Source of the DNA: Aquificaceae bacterium
GTDB taxonomy: Bacteria; Aquificota; Aquificia; Aquificales; Aquificaceae
Direction of reading: 5' to 3'
DNA length: 47,210 nucleotides
Assembly: GCA_037926125.1 (NCBI GenBank)
Contig: JAXSOP010000001.1
Location: forward strand, 1-47,210
The notes below the pieces were generated by a model, which had not been told where the DNA came from, ran no database searches, and saw nothing but the letters and a program-made list of their open reading frames with translations. Below are positions 21,748 to 31,568 of this stretch, one piece after another (within the stretch, counting starts at the first letter, position 1; every line of letters starts with the position of its first letter). Position numbers and translations under genes: made by a program.

Positions 21748-22335
21748 TCATGGTATGCGCAGGTCTCTTGCGTAGATGTTGTGTCGCTTTTTGAGAACCT
21801 CTGGGTCTATTCCCCTTTCCTTTGCGGTCTCTTCTATAGACCTAAGTTTAAGGAGAGCGTCAAAGACCGCTCTTACCACATTGTTAGGGTTTGTGCTTCC
21901 TTGTAGCTTAGTAAGCACGTCCGTGTAGCCTGCCAATTCAAAGATAGGCTTTGCAGCACCACCAGCCACAATACCAGTTCCACGCCTTGCAGGTATAACC
22001 TTTATCATGGTAGGACCATAATGCCCCACCACATCATGTGGGACAGTGCCGTTTTCTATTGGCACCCTTACTATGTGCTTTCTTCCATCTTCTATAGCCT
22101 TTGCTATGGCTATTGGTACTTCCCTTGCCTTTCCGAGTCCAAAACCTACAAAACCTCTCTTATCGCCCACTATCACCAAGGCACTAAAGGAAAACCTCTT
22201 TCCACCCTTGGTGACCCTTGTGGTTCTTTTGGCATAGATGAGCCTTTCTTCTATCTGTAGCTGGTCTTCAAGGTCTACTATCCTCTGGTCTCTTCTTTTG
22301 TTGTCAATTAACCTTTCAATGGATATACCACCCAT
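21748..22335 (-). CDS. rpsE: 30S ribosomal protein S5
   Basis: VTKGGKRFSFSALVIVGD, GTGIVAGG. Confidence 0.98.
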   Translation of the reverse strand: MGGISIERLIDNKRRDQRIVDLEDQLQIEERLIYAKRTTRVTKGGKRFSFSALVIVGDKRGFVGFGLGKAREVPIAIAKAIEDGRKHIVRVPIENGTVPHDVVGHYGPTMIKVIPARRGTGIVAGGAAKPIFELAGYTDVLTKLQGSTNPNNVVRAVFDALLKLRSIEETAKERGIDPEVLKKRHNIYARDLRIP

Positions 22336-22346
22336 CTTTTCCTCCT

Positions 22347-22724
22347 TTAAAATTCAAGACCAAGCTCTCTGCATTTGTCCGCAAAGGCTTTTATCTTACC
22401 ATGGTATAGAAAACCGCCTCTGTCAAAGACCACTTTTCTTATACCACTTTCTGTTGCCCTTTTGACAAGAAGCTCTGCAACCTTTTGCACATCCTCTATG
22501 GACTTTCCACCTCTCTTGCCCGCAAGCTGGACAAATTCAGGGTCTATAGAAGAGGCAGAGACTAAGGTTCTTGACTGACCGTTAGAATCGTCAATTATCT
22601 GTGCGTAAAAGGCGTTCACGCTCCTGTATACACTTAGCCTTGGTCTTTCTGGAGTTCCCAATATCTTCTTTCTTATTCTTTTGTGCCTTCTTTCTCTCTT
22701 TTCATGCCTGTCTAACTTTGCCAT
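22347..22724 (-). CDS. rplR: 50S ribosomal protein L18
   Basis: [20 protein letters not shown]. Confidence 0.98.
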   Translation of the reverse strand: MAKLDRHEKRERRHKRIRKKILGTPERPRLSVYRSVNAFYAQIIDDSNGQSRTLVSASSIDPEFVQLAGKRGGKSIEDVQKVAELLVKRATESGIRKVVFDRGGFLYHGKIKAFADKCRELGLEF

Positions 22725-22735
22725 ATTCTACCTCC

Positions 22736-23290
22736 TTACTTCTTACCACCCTTACCCTTTCCAGCGGACTTTCCTGCCTTTAGCCTTAGCACTTCGCCTT
22801 CATATCTTATACCCTTGCCCTTGTATACGTTGGGCTTTCTGAAGGCTCTTATCTGAGCACACACCTGACCAACCCTGTCCTTGTCTATACCGCTAACGTA
22901 TATCTTGTTTTCTTTCACCTCTATCTTCACGTCTGATGGTATTGGATAGATCACAGGATGAGAAAGCCCAAGGCTAAGCTCTAAGTTGCTACCCTTGACC
23001 GCAGCCCTATAACCAAGCCCTACCACCTCAAGCACCTTGGTAAAGCTTTCGGTGACTCCCTTTATCATGTTCCTTATAAGTGCTGCGGTAGTCCCATGCA
23101 TTGCCCTGTGAAAGGGTTGGTCTGTGGGTCTTTCTACCCTTATGGTGTTGCCCTCAAGGTTTACTTTTATATCTGGGTGAACTTTCATGGAGAGCTTACC
23201 CTTTGGTCCTTCTACCCTTAGCTCACCATTTTGAAGGCTAACCTTAACACCCTGAGGAATTTCAATGGGTTTTTTACCTATCCTTGACAT
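22736..23290 (-). CDS. rplF: 50S ribosomal protein L6
   Basis: [17 protein letters not shown]. Confidence 0.98.
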   Translation of the reverse strand: MSRIGKKPIEIPQGVKVSLQNGELRVEGPKGKLSMKVHPDIKVNLEGNTIRVERPTDQPFHRAMHGTTAALIRNMIKGVTESFTKVLEVVGLGYRAAVKGSNLELSLGLSHPVIYPIPSDVKIEVKENKIYVSGIDKDRVGQVCAQIRAFRKPNVYKGKGIRYEGEVLRLKAGKSAGKGKGGKK

Positions 23291-23299
23291 GTTTGCACC

Positions 23300-23704
23300 T
23301 CACCATACATAGGCTATTATCTCTCCACCTTTGCCAAGTCTTCTGGCATCATGGTCTGTTATAAGACCAGAGTCAGTGGAGAGTATGGCTATACCAAAAC
23401 CCCTTTGCACATAGGGAATCCTGTGCTTAGGAGTGTATATCCTCCTTCCGGGTTTAGAAACCTTCTGAAGCTCAGATATGGCGTTTCTTTCCTTTTTAGG
23501 GTCAAGGTATTTGAGGTGAACCCTTAAGGTATACTGAGTGCCCTTTTTGCCTTCTTCTATCTTTTCCCAGTCCCTTATGTAACCCTCTTTCTTGAGAAGC
23601 TCCAATATTGACTCCTTTAGTCTTGAAGAGGGCACATCCACATATTCCACCCTTCTGCTTATTGCGTTTTTTATCGCAGAGAACATGTCTGCCACTGGGT
23701 CCAT
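23300..23704 (-). CDS. rpsH: 30S ribosomal protein S8
   Basis: DPVADM, SKPGRRIY, GGEIIAYVW. Confidence 0.98.
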   Translation of the reverse strand: MDPVADMFSAIKNAISRRVEYVDVPSSRLKESILELLKKEGYIRDWEKIEEGKKGTQYTLRVHLKYLDPKKERNAISELQKVSKPGRRIYTPKHRIPYVQRGFGIAILSTDSGLITDHDARRLGKGGEIIAYVW

Positions 23705-23715
23705 CTTCTACCTCC

Positions 23716-23904
23716 TTACCAGCTGGACTTTTTGATGCCAGGGATCTCACCCTTGAGGGCAAGCTCTCTAAAACAAAGCCTACACATACCAAACTGTCTT
23801 ATAAAACCTCTTGGTCTGCCACATATGGGGCATCTATTTTTCTGTCTTACTTCATACTTGGGAAAGTGCATAACATCCTTTGCTACCTTTGCCTTTCTTG
23901 CCAT
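23716..23904 (-). CDS. rpsZ: 30S ribosomal protein S14 type Z
   Basis: [10 protein letters not shown]...MCRLCFR, short Zn-binding form; ATG 23904 after GGAGG. Confidence 0.96.
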   Translation of the reverse strand: MARKAKVAKDVMHFPKYEVRQKNRCPICGRPRGFIRQFGMCRLCFRELALKGEIPGIKKSSW

Positions 23905-23905
23905 A

Positions 23906-24475
23906 TTAACCTCCTGCACTCCTTATGGGAAGCCCAAGCAAGGAAAGAAGCCAAAAGGCTTCCTCGTCGGTTTCTGCGGTAGTATGGATTATAACATCCA
24001 TACCCCTTATGGCATCCACCTTCTCATAGTCAATCTCTGGAAAGACTATCTGCTCTGCGATGCCAAAGGCGTAGTTTCCTCTTCCATCAAAGGATCTTGG
24101 ATTAAGACCCTTAAAGTCCTTAACCCTTGGCAACGCCACGCATATGAGCTTGTCCAAAAAGTCCCACATCCTTTCTTTTCTGAGTGTCACCTTTAGACCT
24201 ACAGGCATACCCTTCCTAAGTTTAAAGCCCGCCTCGGATTTCTTTGCTCTTCTGACTGTGGGATGCTGACCCGTTATTGCCTTGAGGTCTTCCATGGCTC
24301 TCTCAAGGTGCTTTATATCACCAACCGCCTCACCCACGCCCATGTTAACCACCACCTTAACTATCCTCGGCACTTCCATGGGGTTTTTGTAGCCAAAGCG
24401 GTTCACCAGCTGGGGAACAACCTCATCCCTATACTTGCTATAAAGCCTTGGGACATACTTAGTTTCCACGCTCAT
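23906..24475 (-). CDS. rplE: 50S ribosomal protein L5
   Basis: [25 protein letters not shown]. Confidence 0.98.
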   Translation of the reverse strand: MSVETKYVPRLYSKYRDEVVPQLVNRFGYKNPMEVPRIVKVVVNMGVGEAVGDIKHLERAMEDLKAITGQHPTVRRAKKSEAGFKLRKGMPVGLKVTLRKERMWDFLDKLICVALPRVKDFKGLNPRSFDGRGNYAFGIAEQIVFPEIDYEKVDAIRGMDVIIHTTAETDEEAFWLLSLLGLPIRSAGG

Positions 24476-24828
24476 GCTTTAACCCTCGCTTTTTCTCTTA
24501 TGAGGTCTATGTTTTCATTACACTTTTTGCAATATCTGTATTTCCTCATGGTATCGCCTTCTAATACTGTCCTTATTCCAACCCTTGTGGGTTTTTCACA
24601 CTTGGGGCAGATAAGCATAACATTGCTCATATGTATAGGGGCCTCCATCTCGTATATTCCACCTTCTCTAACGTTGGGTATTTCCTTTACGTGTTTTTTC
24701 ACAAGGTTAACATCCTTTACTATAACCCTGTTTTCTTCTCTGAGGACCCTCATCACCTCTCCAGTTTTACCCTTCTCCTTTCCTCTTAGGACAACGACTG
24801 TATCACCCTTTTTTATTTTCTGAGCCAT
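24472..24828 (-). CDS. rplX: 50S ribosomal protein L24
   Basis: KOW motif [26 protein letters not shown]. Confidence 0.97.
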   Translation of the reverse strand: MAQKIKKGDTVVVLRGKEKGKTGEVMRVLREENRVIVKDVNLVKKHVKEIPNVREGGIYEMEAPIHMSNVMLICPKCEKPTRVGIRTVLEGDTMRKYRYCKKCNENIDLIREKARVKA

Positions 24829-25193
24829 CACACCACCTCCGGAGCAAGAGATGCTAACTTGGTAAAGCCTCTGTTTCTGACTTCTCTGGCTATAGGTCCG
24901 AGTATACGAGTGCCAAGAGGCTCTCCATATTGATTGAGAAGGACCACCGCATTGTCGTCAAACCTTATGTAGCTACCATCTGGACGTCTTACTTCCTTTT
25001 TTGTCCTTACCACCACAGCCCTGTATACCTTACCCTTCTTTGCTGGGCTATTGGGTGCTGCAACCTTGACAGTAACGGTAACCACATCACCCACAGTGGC
25101 GTAGTCCCTTGGTGCATAAGGTATGCCTATTATCTGAACCTTTTTAGCCCCTGAGTTGTCCGCAACATTCGCGTAACCTTGCCTCTGTATCAT
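24828..25193 (-). CDS. rplN: 50S ribosomal protein L14
   Basis: [28 protein letters not shown]. Confidence 0.98.
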   Translation of the reverse strand: MIQRQGYANVADNSGAKKVQIIGIPYAPRDYATVGDVVTVTVKVAAPNSPAKKGKVYRAVVVRTKKEVRRPDGSYIRFDDNAVVLLNQYGEPLGTRILGPIAREVRNRGFTKLASLAPEVV

Positions 25194-25212
25194 GATTTTT
25201 CACCTCTATAAC

Positions 25213-25338
25213 AAGCTAAAAATTATACCACAAATAAGCTCCTTTTGATCGGAACTTCTAATTAAGGCTACTTATTTTAACCTAATAAACAACCTCATGT
25301 CAAGAGGCAAAACTAAAACACTTACTTAAGCCTGTCAA
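25213..25338 (-). promoter_or_regulatory. Tandem sigma70-type promoters of the spc operon
   Basis: TGGTATAAT (25230-25222); TTGACA(25303-25298)-18-TAAAAT(25279-25274); TTGACA(25338-25333)-17-TAGTTT. Confidence 0.65.
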
Positions 25339-25389
25339 AAGGCTAAAGAAAAGATTAAATGTAACAACACTAAGTTATACTCTTTATCC

Positions 25390-26580
25390 ATGAGAGTTAT
25401 ACTTTTTTCGGGTAAAGGTGGCGTTGGAAAGACCACAATTTCCGCAGCAACTGCTTACAGGTTATCAACCCTTGGCTACAGGACCATAGTGGTTTCCCTT
25501 GACCCCGCTCACAGCCTTGGAGATGCCTTTGATGTCCCAGAGGAGGAAAAGAACGAAGCCAAAGGGCTTCCCATAAGGATATCAGAAAAGCTCCACATAC
25601 AGGAGATAGATATTCAAGAGGAGGTGGATAGATATTGGGGAGATGTCTACAGGTTTTTGGAGCTTCTTTTCAACACCACTGGGCTTGACCAAGTTGTATC
25701 TGAAGAGCTTGCCATACTCCCTGGCATGGAAGAGGTTACCAGCCTTCTGTATGTGAACAAATATTACAGAGATGGAGAGTTTGACGCCTTGGTGCTTGAC
25801 CTACCGCCCACTGGTGAATCTCTACGCTTTGTTTCCATGCCTACAGTGCTTAAGTGGTACATGAGAAAGATATTTAATGTAGAAAGGACCATACTCAAGG
25901 TGGCAAGACCCGTAGCGAGACGCTTTACGGATGTCCCAATACCTGATGATGAATACTTTAAAGCTCTTGAAAACTTCTATGAAAAGCTAAAGGGTGTGGA
26001 TGAAATCCTTGTTGACCCAGATACAACCTCTGTGAGGCTTGTAGCGAATCCCGAAAAGATGGTTCTTAAAGAAAGCCAGAGAGCCTTTATGTATTTCAAT
26101 CTCTTTGGTGTTAATGTGGATGCGGTTATAGTTAACAAGGTTTTGCCCCCTTCTGTGGAAAACTGCGAACACTTCTCAAAATGGTTACTAACACAGAGAA
26201 AACACCTTGATGATATGCAAGCTCTATTCTACCCAGTCCCAGTTTTTACAGTTCCCCTTATGGAAGATGAAGTAGTTGGTGAAGAGAGGTTAAAAATACT
26301 GTCTGACCTTATCTATGGCGACACAGACCCTACGAGAGTATTTCACAAGGAAAAGCCCTACGAGTTTATAGAGCAAGATGGACAGTATATGGTAAAACTT
26401 AAAGCCCCCTTTCTGACAAAGGATGGGCTATCTGTCCTTAAAAGCGAGGGTGAGATAATAGTCAGATGGAAAAACTTCAAGAATCATATACTACTCCCGA
26501 GAAAACTCAGAAACTATGAGCCAGTGGGTGCAAAGATTGAAGAGGGCTATTTGAAGGTCTTTCTCTCAAGGGCTACTTAG
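25390..26580 (+). CDS. ArsA/Get3 family ATPase with C-terminal HSP20-like domain
   Basis: GKGGVGKTT, DPAHSL, DLPPTG, C-terminal beta-sandwich-like tail; single ATPase domain without ArsA metal Cys cluster. Confidence 0.9.
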   Translation: MRVILFSGKGGVGKTTISAATAYRLSTLGYRTIVVSLDPAHSLGDAFDVPEEEKNEAKGLPIRISEKLHIQEIDIQEEVDRYWGDVYRFLELLFNTTGLDQVVSEELAILPGMEEVTSLLYVNKYYRDGEFDALVLDLPPTGESLRFVSMPTVLKWYMRKIFNVERTILKVARPVARRFTDVPIPDDEYFKALENFYEKLKGVDEILVDPDTTSVRLVANPEKMVLKESQRAFMYFNLFGVNVDAVIVNKVLPPSVENCEHFSKWLLTQRKHLDDMQALFYPVPVFTVPLMEDEVVGEERLKILSDLIYGDTDPTRVFHKEKPYEFIEQDGQYMVKLKAPFLTKDGLSVLKSEGEIIVRWKNFKNHILLPRKLRNYEPVGAKIEEGYLKVFLSRAT

Positions 26581-27255
26581 AAATTCCTTTATCTTTCTCA
26601 AGTCTTCCACAAACTCTTTTTCTACACCGGGATTTCTTAGGAGGTAAGCTGGATGATAGGTAAGGAAGACCTTTATTTTTCTGTCATAAGGATATTCAAG
26701 AAATTGACCCCTATGTTTGGTTATGGGTAGAGATTTACCCAATATGCCTTCAAGGGCTGTTGCACCAAGACAAACTATCAGCTTTGGGTTTATTATCTCT
26801 ATCTCTTTTCTAAGATAGGGTAAGCATGTTTGCATTTCCTTCGGGGTGGGCTTTCTGTTACCCGGTGGTCTGGACTTTACCACGTTGGTTATGTATACTT
26901 CTTCGCGCTTTAGACCAACTTCTTGGAGTTTTTGGTTTAAATACCTTCCAGCTCTACCCACAAAGGGTCTTTTTTGTTGGTCTTCTTCTTCTCCTGGGGC
27001 TTCGCCCACAAAAACCACAGGCGAATAAGGGTTTCCTTCTCCAAAAACATAACCGCTTGCTCCTTCGTAAAGGATACACTTTCTATCTTCTTCAAGTTTT
27101 TTGTATAAAGCCCTCAGCTTTTCTTCTTTGTTTGCAGTGGGTTCTTTGACCTTATGTGAATCCTCCTCTGGGCTCTGTAAAGCCTCTTTTTCCAAATATA
27201 AAACATCAAAGCCCATCTCCATAAGAGACCTTACTGTATACCTCAGCCCTTTCAT
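26566..27255 (-). CDS. Uracil-DNA glycosylase family 4
   Basis: GEAPG..ED..RPFVGRAG, RPPGNRKP, YHPAYLLRN. Confidence 0.93.
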   Translation of the reverse strand: MKGLRYTVRSLMEMGFDVLYLEKEALQSPEEDSHKVKEPTANKEEKLRALYKKLEEDRKCILYEGASGYVFGEGNPYSPVVFVGEAPGEEEDQQKRPFVGRAGRYLNQKLQEVGLKREEVYITNVVKSRPPGNRKPTPKEMQTCLPYLRKEIEIINPKLIVCLGATALEGILGKSLPITKHRGQFLEYPYDRKIKVFLTYHPAYLLRNPGVEKEFVEDLRKIKEFLSSP

Positions 27256-27258
27256 AGT

Positions 27259-27498
27259 CTATCTTTTAAAAAGATCTTCAAGCCAGGACCTTTCAAAGCA
27301 TTTTACCCCATCTTCATAACTTTGGCTTTTTTCTAAACAGCTCCTTACCCCCTCAAGCCTCTTTATTCCAAGGTTTTTACATATTCCCCAAAAATATCTA
27401 CAGTATTCCTTGTCCTTTAAAGGATTGCTTTCGCATCTTTGTCCTTCTAAAGCAAGGGCAAGGTAAAAAGCAAAAAAAGACAACGTAACGAACCTCAT
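27259..27498 (-). CDS. Small secreted Cys-rich hypothetical protein
   Basis: ATG overlaps nuoF stop (ATGA); hydrophobic signal peptide ending ALA; 5 Cys in mature part. Confidence 0.6.
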   Translation of the reverse strand: MRFVTLSFFAFYLALALEGQRCESNPLKDKEYCRYFWGICKNLGIKRLEGVRSCLEKSQSYEDGVKCFERSWLEDLFKR

Positions 27499-28772
27499 GC
27501 CTCTGTTTTTACTTCCTTCTTGTATTTCTCCCACTCTTGTGGAAACTTCTGCATAGCCTGACGAATTAGTCTACCTGCAACTGCACCAAGACCACAAATA
27601 GAAGTAGGCTGTATGTGCGAGTTCACAAACTCAAAGCCTACCCATTCTCTTTCATCTGCTTCGTTGTGAAGTATCTTCTCAAGGAGATTAGCCTGTTCGT
27701 GAGTGCCAACCCTACAGGGCGTGCATTGACCACAGCTCTCATGGGCATAAAACTCCGCTACCCACAGACAAGCCTGGACTATATCGTCTTCCTCTGTCAA
27801 AACTATAACCGTTCCTGTTCCGCCAAAACCAAAGGGTGAGTAGTCCATGGGAGTGTCTAACTCCTCCGTAGAAAAGCAATCAAGAGCTCCAGAAAATACC
27901 GCTTTAACCTTTTTGTTCCCAATAGTTCCTCCCGCATACTTAAAGATAACCTCTCTAAGTGTGGTGTTCATAGGAAGCTCGTAAACTCCGGGTTTTTTAA
28001 CTTTTCCGCTTACGGGAAAGAGCTTGGGACCTGGGTAGTCGCTGGGACCTATGTAGCGATATTCTTCCCAACCCATACCCACTATGAGAGGTATATTACA
28101 CAAGGTTTCCACATTGTTTACCACCGTGGGTCTTCCCCAGAGACCATACTGAACAGGAAAGGGTGGTTTTATCCTGGGAAAACCTCTTTTACCCTCAAGG
28201 GACTCAATAAGGGCACTTTCCTCTCCACATATGTATGCACCAGCACCTCTTGCCACGTATATCTCAAGGTCAAATCCAGAGTTAAGTATGTTTTTCCCAA
28301 GAAATCCCCTCTTCTTTGCCTCCTCTATGGCATCTCTTAGTATGTAATAACCTGCAGGATACTCACCCCTTATGTATATGAAAGCCTCATGTGCCCCTAT
28401 AGCATATGCGGATATTATCATACCCTCTATTAGGAGATGCGGGTCTCTCTCTATGAGTATCCTATCCTTGAAGGTGCCTGGCTCAGACTCATCCGCATTG
28501 CATATGAGATATCTTGGTGCTGGGTTTTGAACTGCAAACTTCCACTTTCTACCTGTGGGAAAACCAGCACCACCTCTGCCCCTGAGCTGACTTTTGTCCA
28601 CCCATTCTATTACTTCCTCGGGTTTCATATTTAAGGCTTTCTCCAACGCCTGATAGCCACCATCCTTGAGGTATTCCTCTATGGTATGGACCCTGGGCTT
28701 TTTTGCCCTTTTTAGCAAGAGGTTTAATGCTGTCTCTGCGTATATTTCAGGTATAACGGGATAGGACCTCAT
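27495..28772 (-). CDS. nuoF: NADH-quinone oxidoreductase subunit F
   Basis: LRGRGGAGFPTG, NADESEPG, YICGEE, ESCGQCTPCRVG, ICGLG; likely start ATG 28772. Confidence 0.96.
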   Translation of the reverse strand: MRSYPVIPEIYAETALNLLLKRAKKPRVHTIEEYLKDGGYQALEKALNMKPEEVIEWVDKSQLRGRGGAGFPTGRKWKFAVQNPAPRYLICNADESEPGTFKDRILIERDPHLLIEGMIISAYAIGAHEAFIYIRGEYPAGYYILRDAIEEAKKRGFLGKNILNSGFDLEIYVARGAGAYICGEESALIESLEGKRGFPRIKPPFPVQYGLWGRPTVVNNVETLCNIPLIVGMGWEEYRYIGPSDYPGPKLFPVSGKVKKPGVYELPMNTTLREVIFKYAGGTIGNKKVKAVFSGALDCFSTEELDTPMDYSPFGFGGTGTVIVLTEEDDIVQACLWVAEFYAHESCGQCTPCRVGTHEQANLLEKILHNEADEREWVGFEFVNSHIQPTSICGLGAVAGRLIRQAMQKFPQEWEKYKKEVKTEA

Positions 28773-29217
28773 GGAGCTTCTCCTTTGATTCAAATTTATA
28801 GGTGTCATTATCCACCATGAAACAGGGTGCTTCTGAGCATGCACCTATGCATTGCACGCCTATTAGCTTGAATCTTCCATCCTTTGTGGTCTCACCTAGG
28901 GATATACCAAGTAGCTCCCTTACCGCATTTAGCACTTTGTTTGAGTTCATAAGATTACACACAACGCTCACGCAAACCCTTATCCTATGCCTTGCAGGCT
29001 CTCCCCTGTCGAACATATCATAAAAAGAGACCACATTTTCCACATGACTTAGCGGCAGTTCTAAGAGTTTTGCTACCTCCTCCAAGGCAAAAAAGGGTAT
29101 ATGCCCGTAGTAGTCTTGGACTTCATGAAGACAGACCAGCACCGCCTGTTCCCGTCTTGGAAAATACTCCGCATTTTCCTTTAGCTTTTCCATTAATTCC
29201 TGTGGCAAGACACTCAT
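28747..29217 (-). CDS. nuoE: NADH-quinone oxidoreductase subunit E
   Basis: CVSVVC...CIGAC [2Fe-2S] ligands, upstream of nuoF. Confidence 0.95.
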   Translation of the reverse strand: MSVLPQELMEKLKENAEYFPRREQAVLVCLHEVQDYYGHIPFFALEEVAKLLELPLSHVENVVSFYDMFDRGEPARHRIRVCVSVVCNLMNSNKVLNAVRELLGISLGETTKDGRFKLIGVQCIGACSEAPCFMVDNDTYKFESKEKLHEVLSRYT

Positions 29218-30059
29218 CAGCCTTCCACCTCATCACTAAATATCACCTTTGGCATATTAGCTTCTATTATATTCCTTTCTATTCCCATCTGTAGCAGAAG
29301 TCTTACCGCACGCCTGCCATCTTCTCCATAATCTAAGGTTCTGTGGTTTACATACATGCTTACAAACCTGTTGGTTCTTTCCTTGTCTTCCTTTATATCT
29401 CTTGCATACTCTCTGGCAAAGTTCAGGGCTTCATCTCTATGTTGTAGTGCATACTCTATACTCCTTTTCATGAGCCTTTCCATTTTTCTTATTACCTCAA
29501 TACCGAGGTCTTTCCTTATAATGTTGCATCCAAGTGGAAGCACAAGCCCAGTTTTTTCCATCCACCACTGACCAAGGTCAACAACCTTTTTTAGTTCCCT
29601 GTCTTGGTAGCTTAGCTGTCCCTCGTGTATAACAAGCCCTGCATCCACTATACCATCAGCGACAGCATCTAAGACCTTGTCAAAAGGTAAAAGGACTTCC
29701 TCAAAGTCTGGTTCGTAGAGCTTTAGGACAAGGTATGCAGTTGTGAGCCTTCCTGGGATTGCTATTCTTTTACCCTTTAGGTTTTCTAAATTTTCCTTAG
29801 CGACTACTATAGGTCCATAACCTTCTCCCACACTTCCACCGCTGGGAAGCACTAAATACTTGTCTGCCACATAGGGATAGGCGTGAAAGGATATAGCAGA
29901 GACTTCATAAGTTCCCTTCAGGGCTTCCCTATTCAGTGTTTCTATGTCCGCAAGCACATGCTCAATCTCCAAACCCTCTGTGTCTATCTTGCCAGCGGTC
30001 AAAGCATAAAACATAAAGGCATCATCTGAGTCAGGGCTATGGGCTATCCTTATTCTCAT
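29217..30059 (-). CDS. mqnD: 1,4-dihydroxy-6-naphthoate synthase (futalosine pathway)
   Basis: HSPDSDDAFMF, GYGP, IHEG, LPLG, MYVN. Confidence 0.92.
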   Translation of the reverse strand: MRIRIAHSPDSDDAFMFYALTAGKIDTEGLEIEHVLADIETLNREALKGTYEVSAISFHAYPYVADKYLVLPSGGSVGEGYGPIVVAKENLENLKGKRIAIPGRLTTAYLVLKLYEPDFEEVLLPFDKVLDAVADGIVDAGLVIHEGQLSYQDRELKKVVDLGQWWMEKTGLVLPLGCNIIRKDLGIEVIRKMERLMKRSIEYALQHRDEALNFAREYARDIKEDKERTNRFVSMYVNHRTLDYGEDGRRAVRLLLQMGIERNIIEANMPKVIFSDEVEG

Positions 30060-31029
30060 GCCTTCTCTCCTTGAAAAGCTCAGGAAGTTTTAAAATATAG
30101 GCATAAATCCTTTTCCATTTAGACCATTCCATAGCCGGAATGACTCCTCCGTAAACCTTCCCGCCTTCAAGATTTTTTGACACACCCGCCTTTGCGGATA
30201 CAACCGTCCCGTCTCCTATCTCCACATGGTCCGCCACGCCAACTTGCCCTGCCAAGATAACTCCTTTGCCCGTCTTTACACTGCCAGACAGACCCACTTG
30301 AGATACTATGAGGTTTTCCTCACCTATCTTGCAGTTATGTCCTATTTGCACTAAGTTATCTATCTTTGTATTCTTGCCAACCACTGTTTGGTCTATAAGA
30401 GCCCTATCTATGCAAGTATTTGCACCTATCTCCACATGGTCTTGAATAACTACCTTTCCTATATGGTTTAGCTTAAAGATGCCTTCGGGACCCACGTAGT
30501 AGCCAAAGCCATCCGCACCTATCACAGAACCGCTATGAATCCTAACTCCTTCACCTATCACGCAGTGAGGATAAACATGAACTCCGCTAAAAAGCACGCT
30601 GTTTTTGCCAATCCTTACACCCTCTCCTATATAGCAGAAGGGATATACCTTCACTCCATCCTCAAGCACAACATCTTTTCCCAAATAAGCAAAGGGTGCT
30701 ACATACACATCTTTTCCTAACTTTACGCCATCCTCTATGTGAGCCTTATCTGATACACCAGAGGGATGTCTTTCTGGGTAGAAGTGAGATAAAAAACGTG
30801 CAAGGGCAAGTCTCACATTCTTGACTTTTATGTATGTGGGAAAGTCAATGTCCTGAGATACTATTGGGACTACTTCCGCCTCCTTTAAATTTTCCACCCC
30901 TCTTACATCTTGAAGAAAGACAACTGTTCTTTTTTTTGGGTTTTCTGGCGATGATATGCCCTCTACCTCTAAACTGTAAGTTCCAAGTACTTCACCCTCC
31001 AAAAGCTCTGCAAGGTCTAAGAGCTTCAT
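30037..31029 (-). CDS. lpxD: UDP-3-O-(3-hydroxyacyl)glucosamine N-acyltransferase
   Basis: Hexapeptide repeats, GADGFGY, KIDNLVQIGHN. Confidence 0.96.
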   Translation of the reverse strand: MKLLDLAELLEGEVLGTYSLEVEGISSPENPKKRTVVFLQDVRGVENLKEAEVVPIVSQDIDFPTYIKVKNVRLALARFLSHFYPERHPSGVSDKAHIEDGVKLGKDVYVAPFAYLGKDVVLEDGVKVYPFCYIGEGVRIGKNSVLFSGVHVYPHCVIGEGVRIHSGSVIGADGFGYYVGPEGIFKLNHIGKVVIQDHVEIGANTCIDRALIDQTVVGKNTKIDNLVQIGHNCKIGEENLIVSQVGLSGSVKTGKGVILAGQVGVADHVEIGDGTVVSAKAGVSKNLEGGKVYGGVIPAMEWSKWKRIYAYILKLPELFKERRHENKDSP

Positions 31030-31511
31030 TTTTGCTGGTCCAACCTTTGGATTACCTCCGCAGTTATATCTATCTCTGCAGACCTGTATATGAAAGCGGA
31101 GCAGTCAAGAACACCTGTAAAGCCCTGTCTCTTTGCTATGTCTTCTGATATCCCTCTTACTCTCGATATTATCTCTTCTTCCATTTTGCCCTTTATTTCC
31201 GAAAGTTCCTTTTGAGCCTTCTGTTGAAGTTCCATTCCCTCTGCCTCTGTCTTTTGATATTCCCTTATCCTTTGCTCCCTTACGTTTTGAGCTATTCCCT
31301 TGCTTTCTATCTGCTTTTTGAGGTCTTCAAGTTTTTTATTTATTTGGTCAAGCTGCTTTTGGTATTCTTCCACCTTGTTTCTCAGCTGTGTTTCCTTACC
31401 CTTTACAAGCTGTGATTCTGAAAGAATCCGATTGGGGTCAACGCAAGCAAACTTCTGCTGGGCAAAGCTAAAACCAGAAAATAGGGCAGCTATAAGTAGA
31501 GCTTTTTTCAT
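31026..31511 (-). CDS. skp: OmpH/Skp periplasmic chaperone
   Basis: Signal peptide, K.A.VD, coiled coil, DITAEVI; upstream of lpxD; ATG 31511 is 8 nt after AGGAGG. Confidence 0.88.
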   Translation of the reverse strand: MKKALLIAALFSGFSFAQQKFACVDPNRILSESQLVKGKETQLRNKVEEYQKQLDQINKKLEDLKKQIESKGIAQNVREQRIREYQKTEAEGMELQQKAQKELSEIKGKMEEEIISRVRGISEDIAKRQGFTGVLDCSAFIYRSAEIDITAEVIQRLDQQK

Positions 31512-31568
31512 AACCATAACCTCCTTACTAAAAAGCATACCATTAAACTAGGTGTATGCATGCACTTT

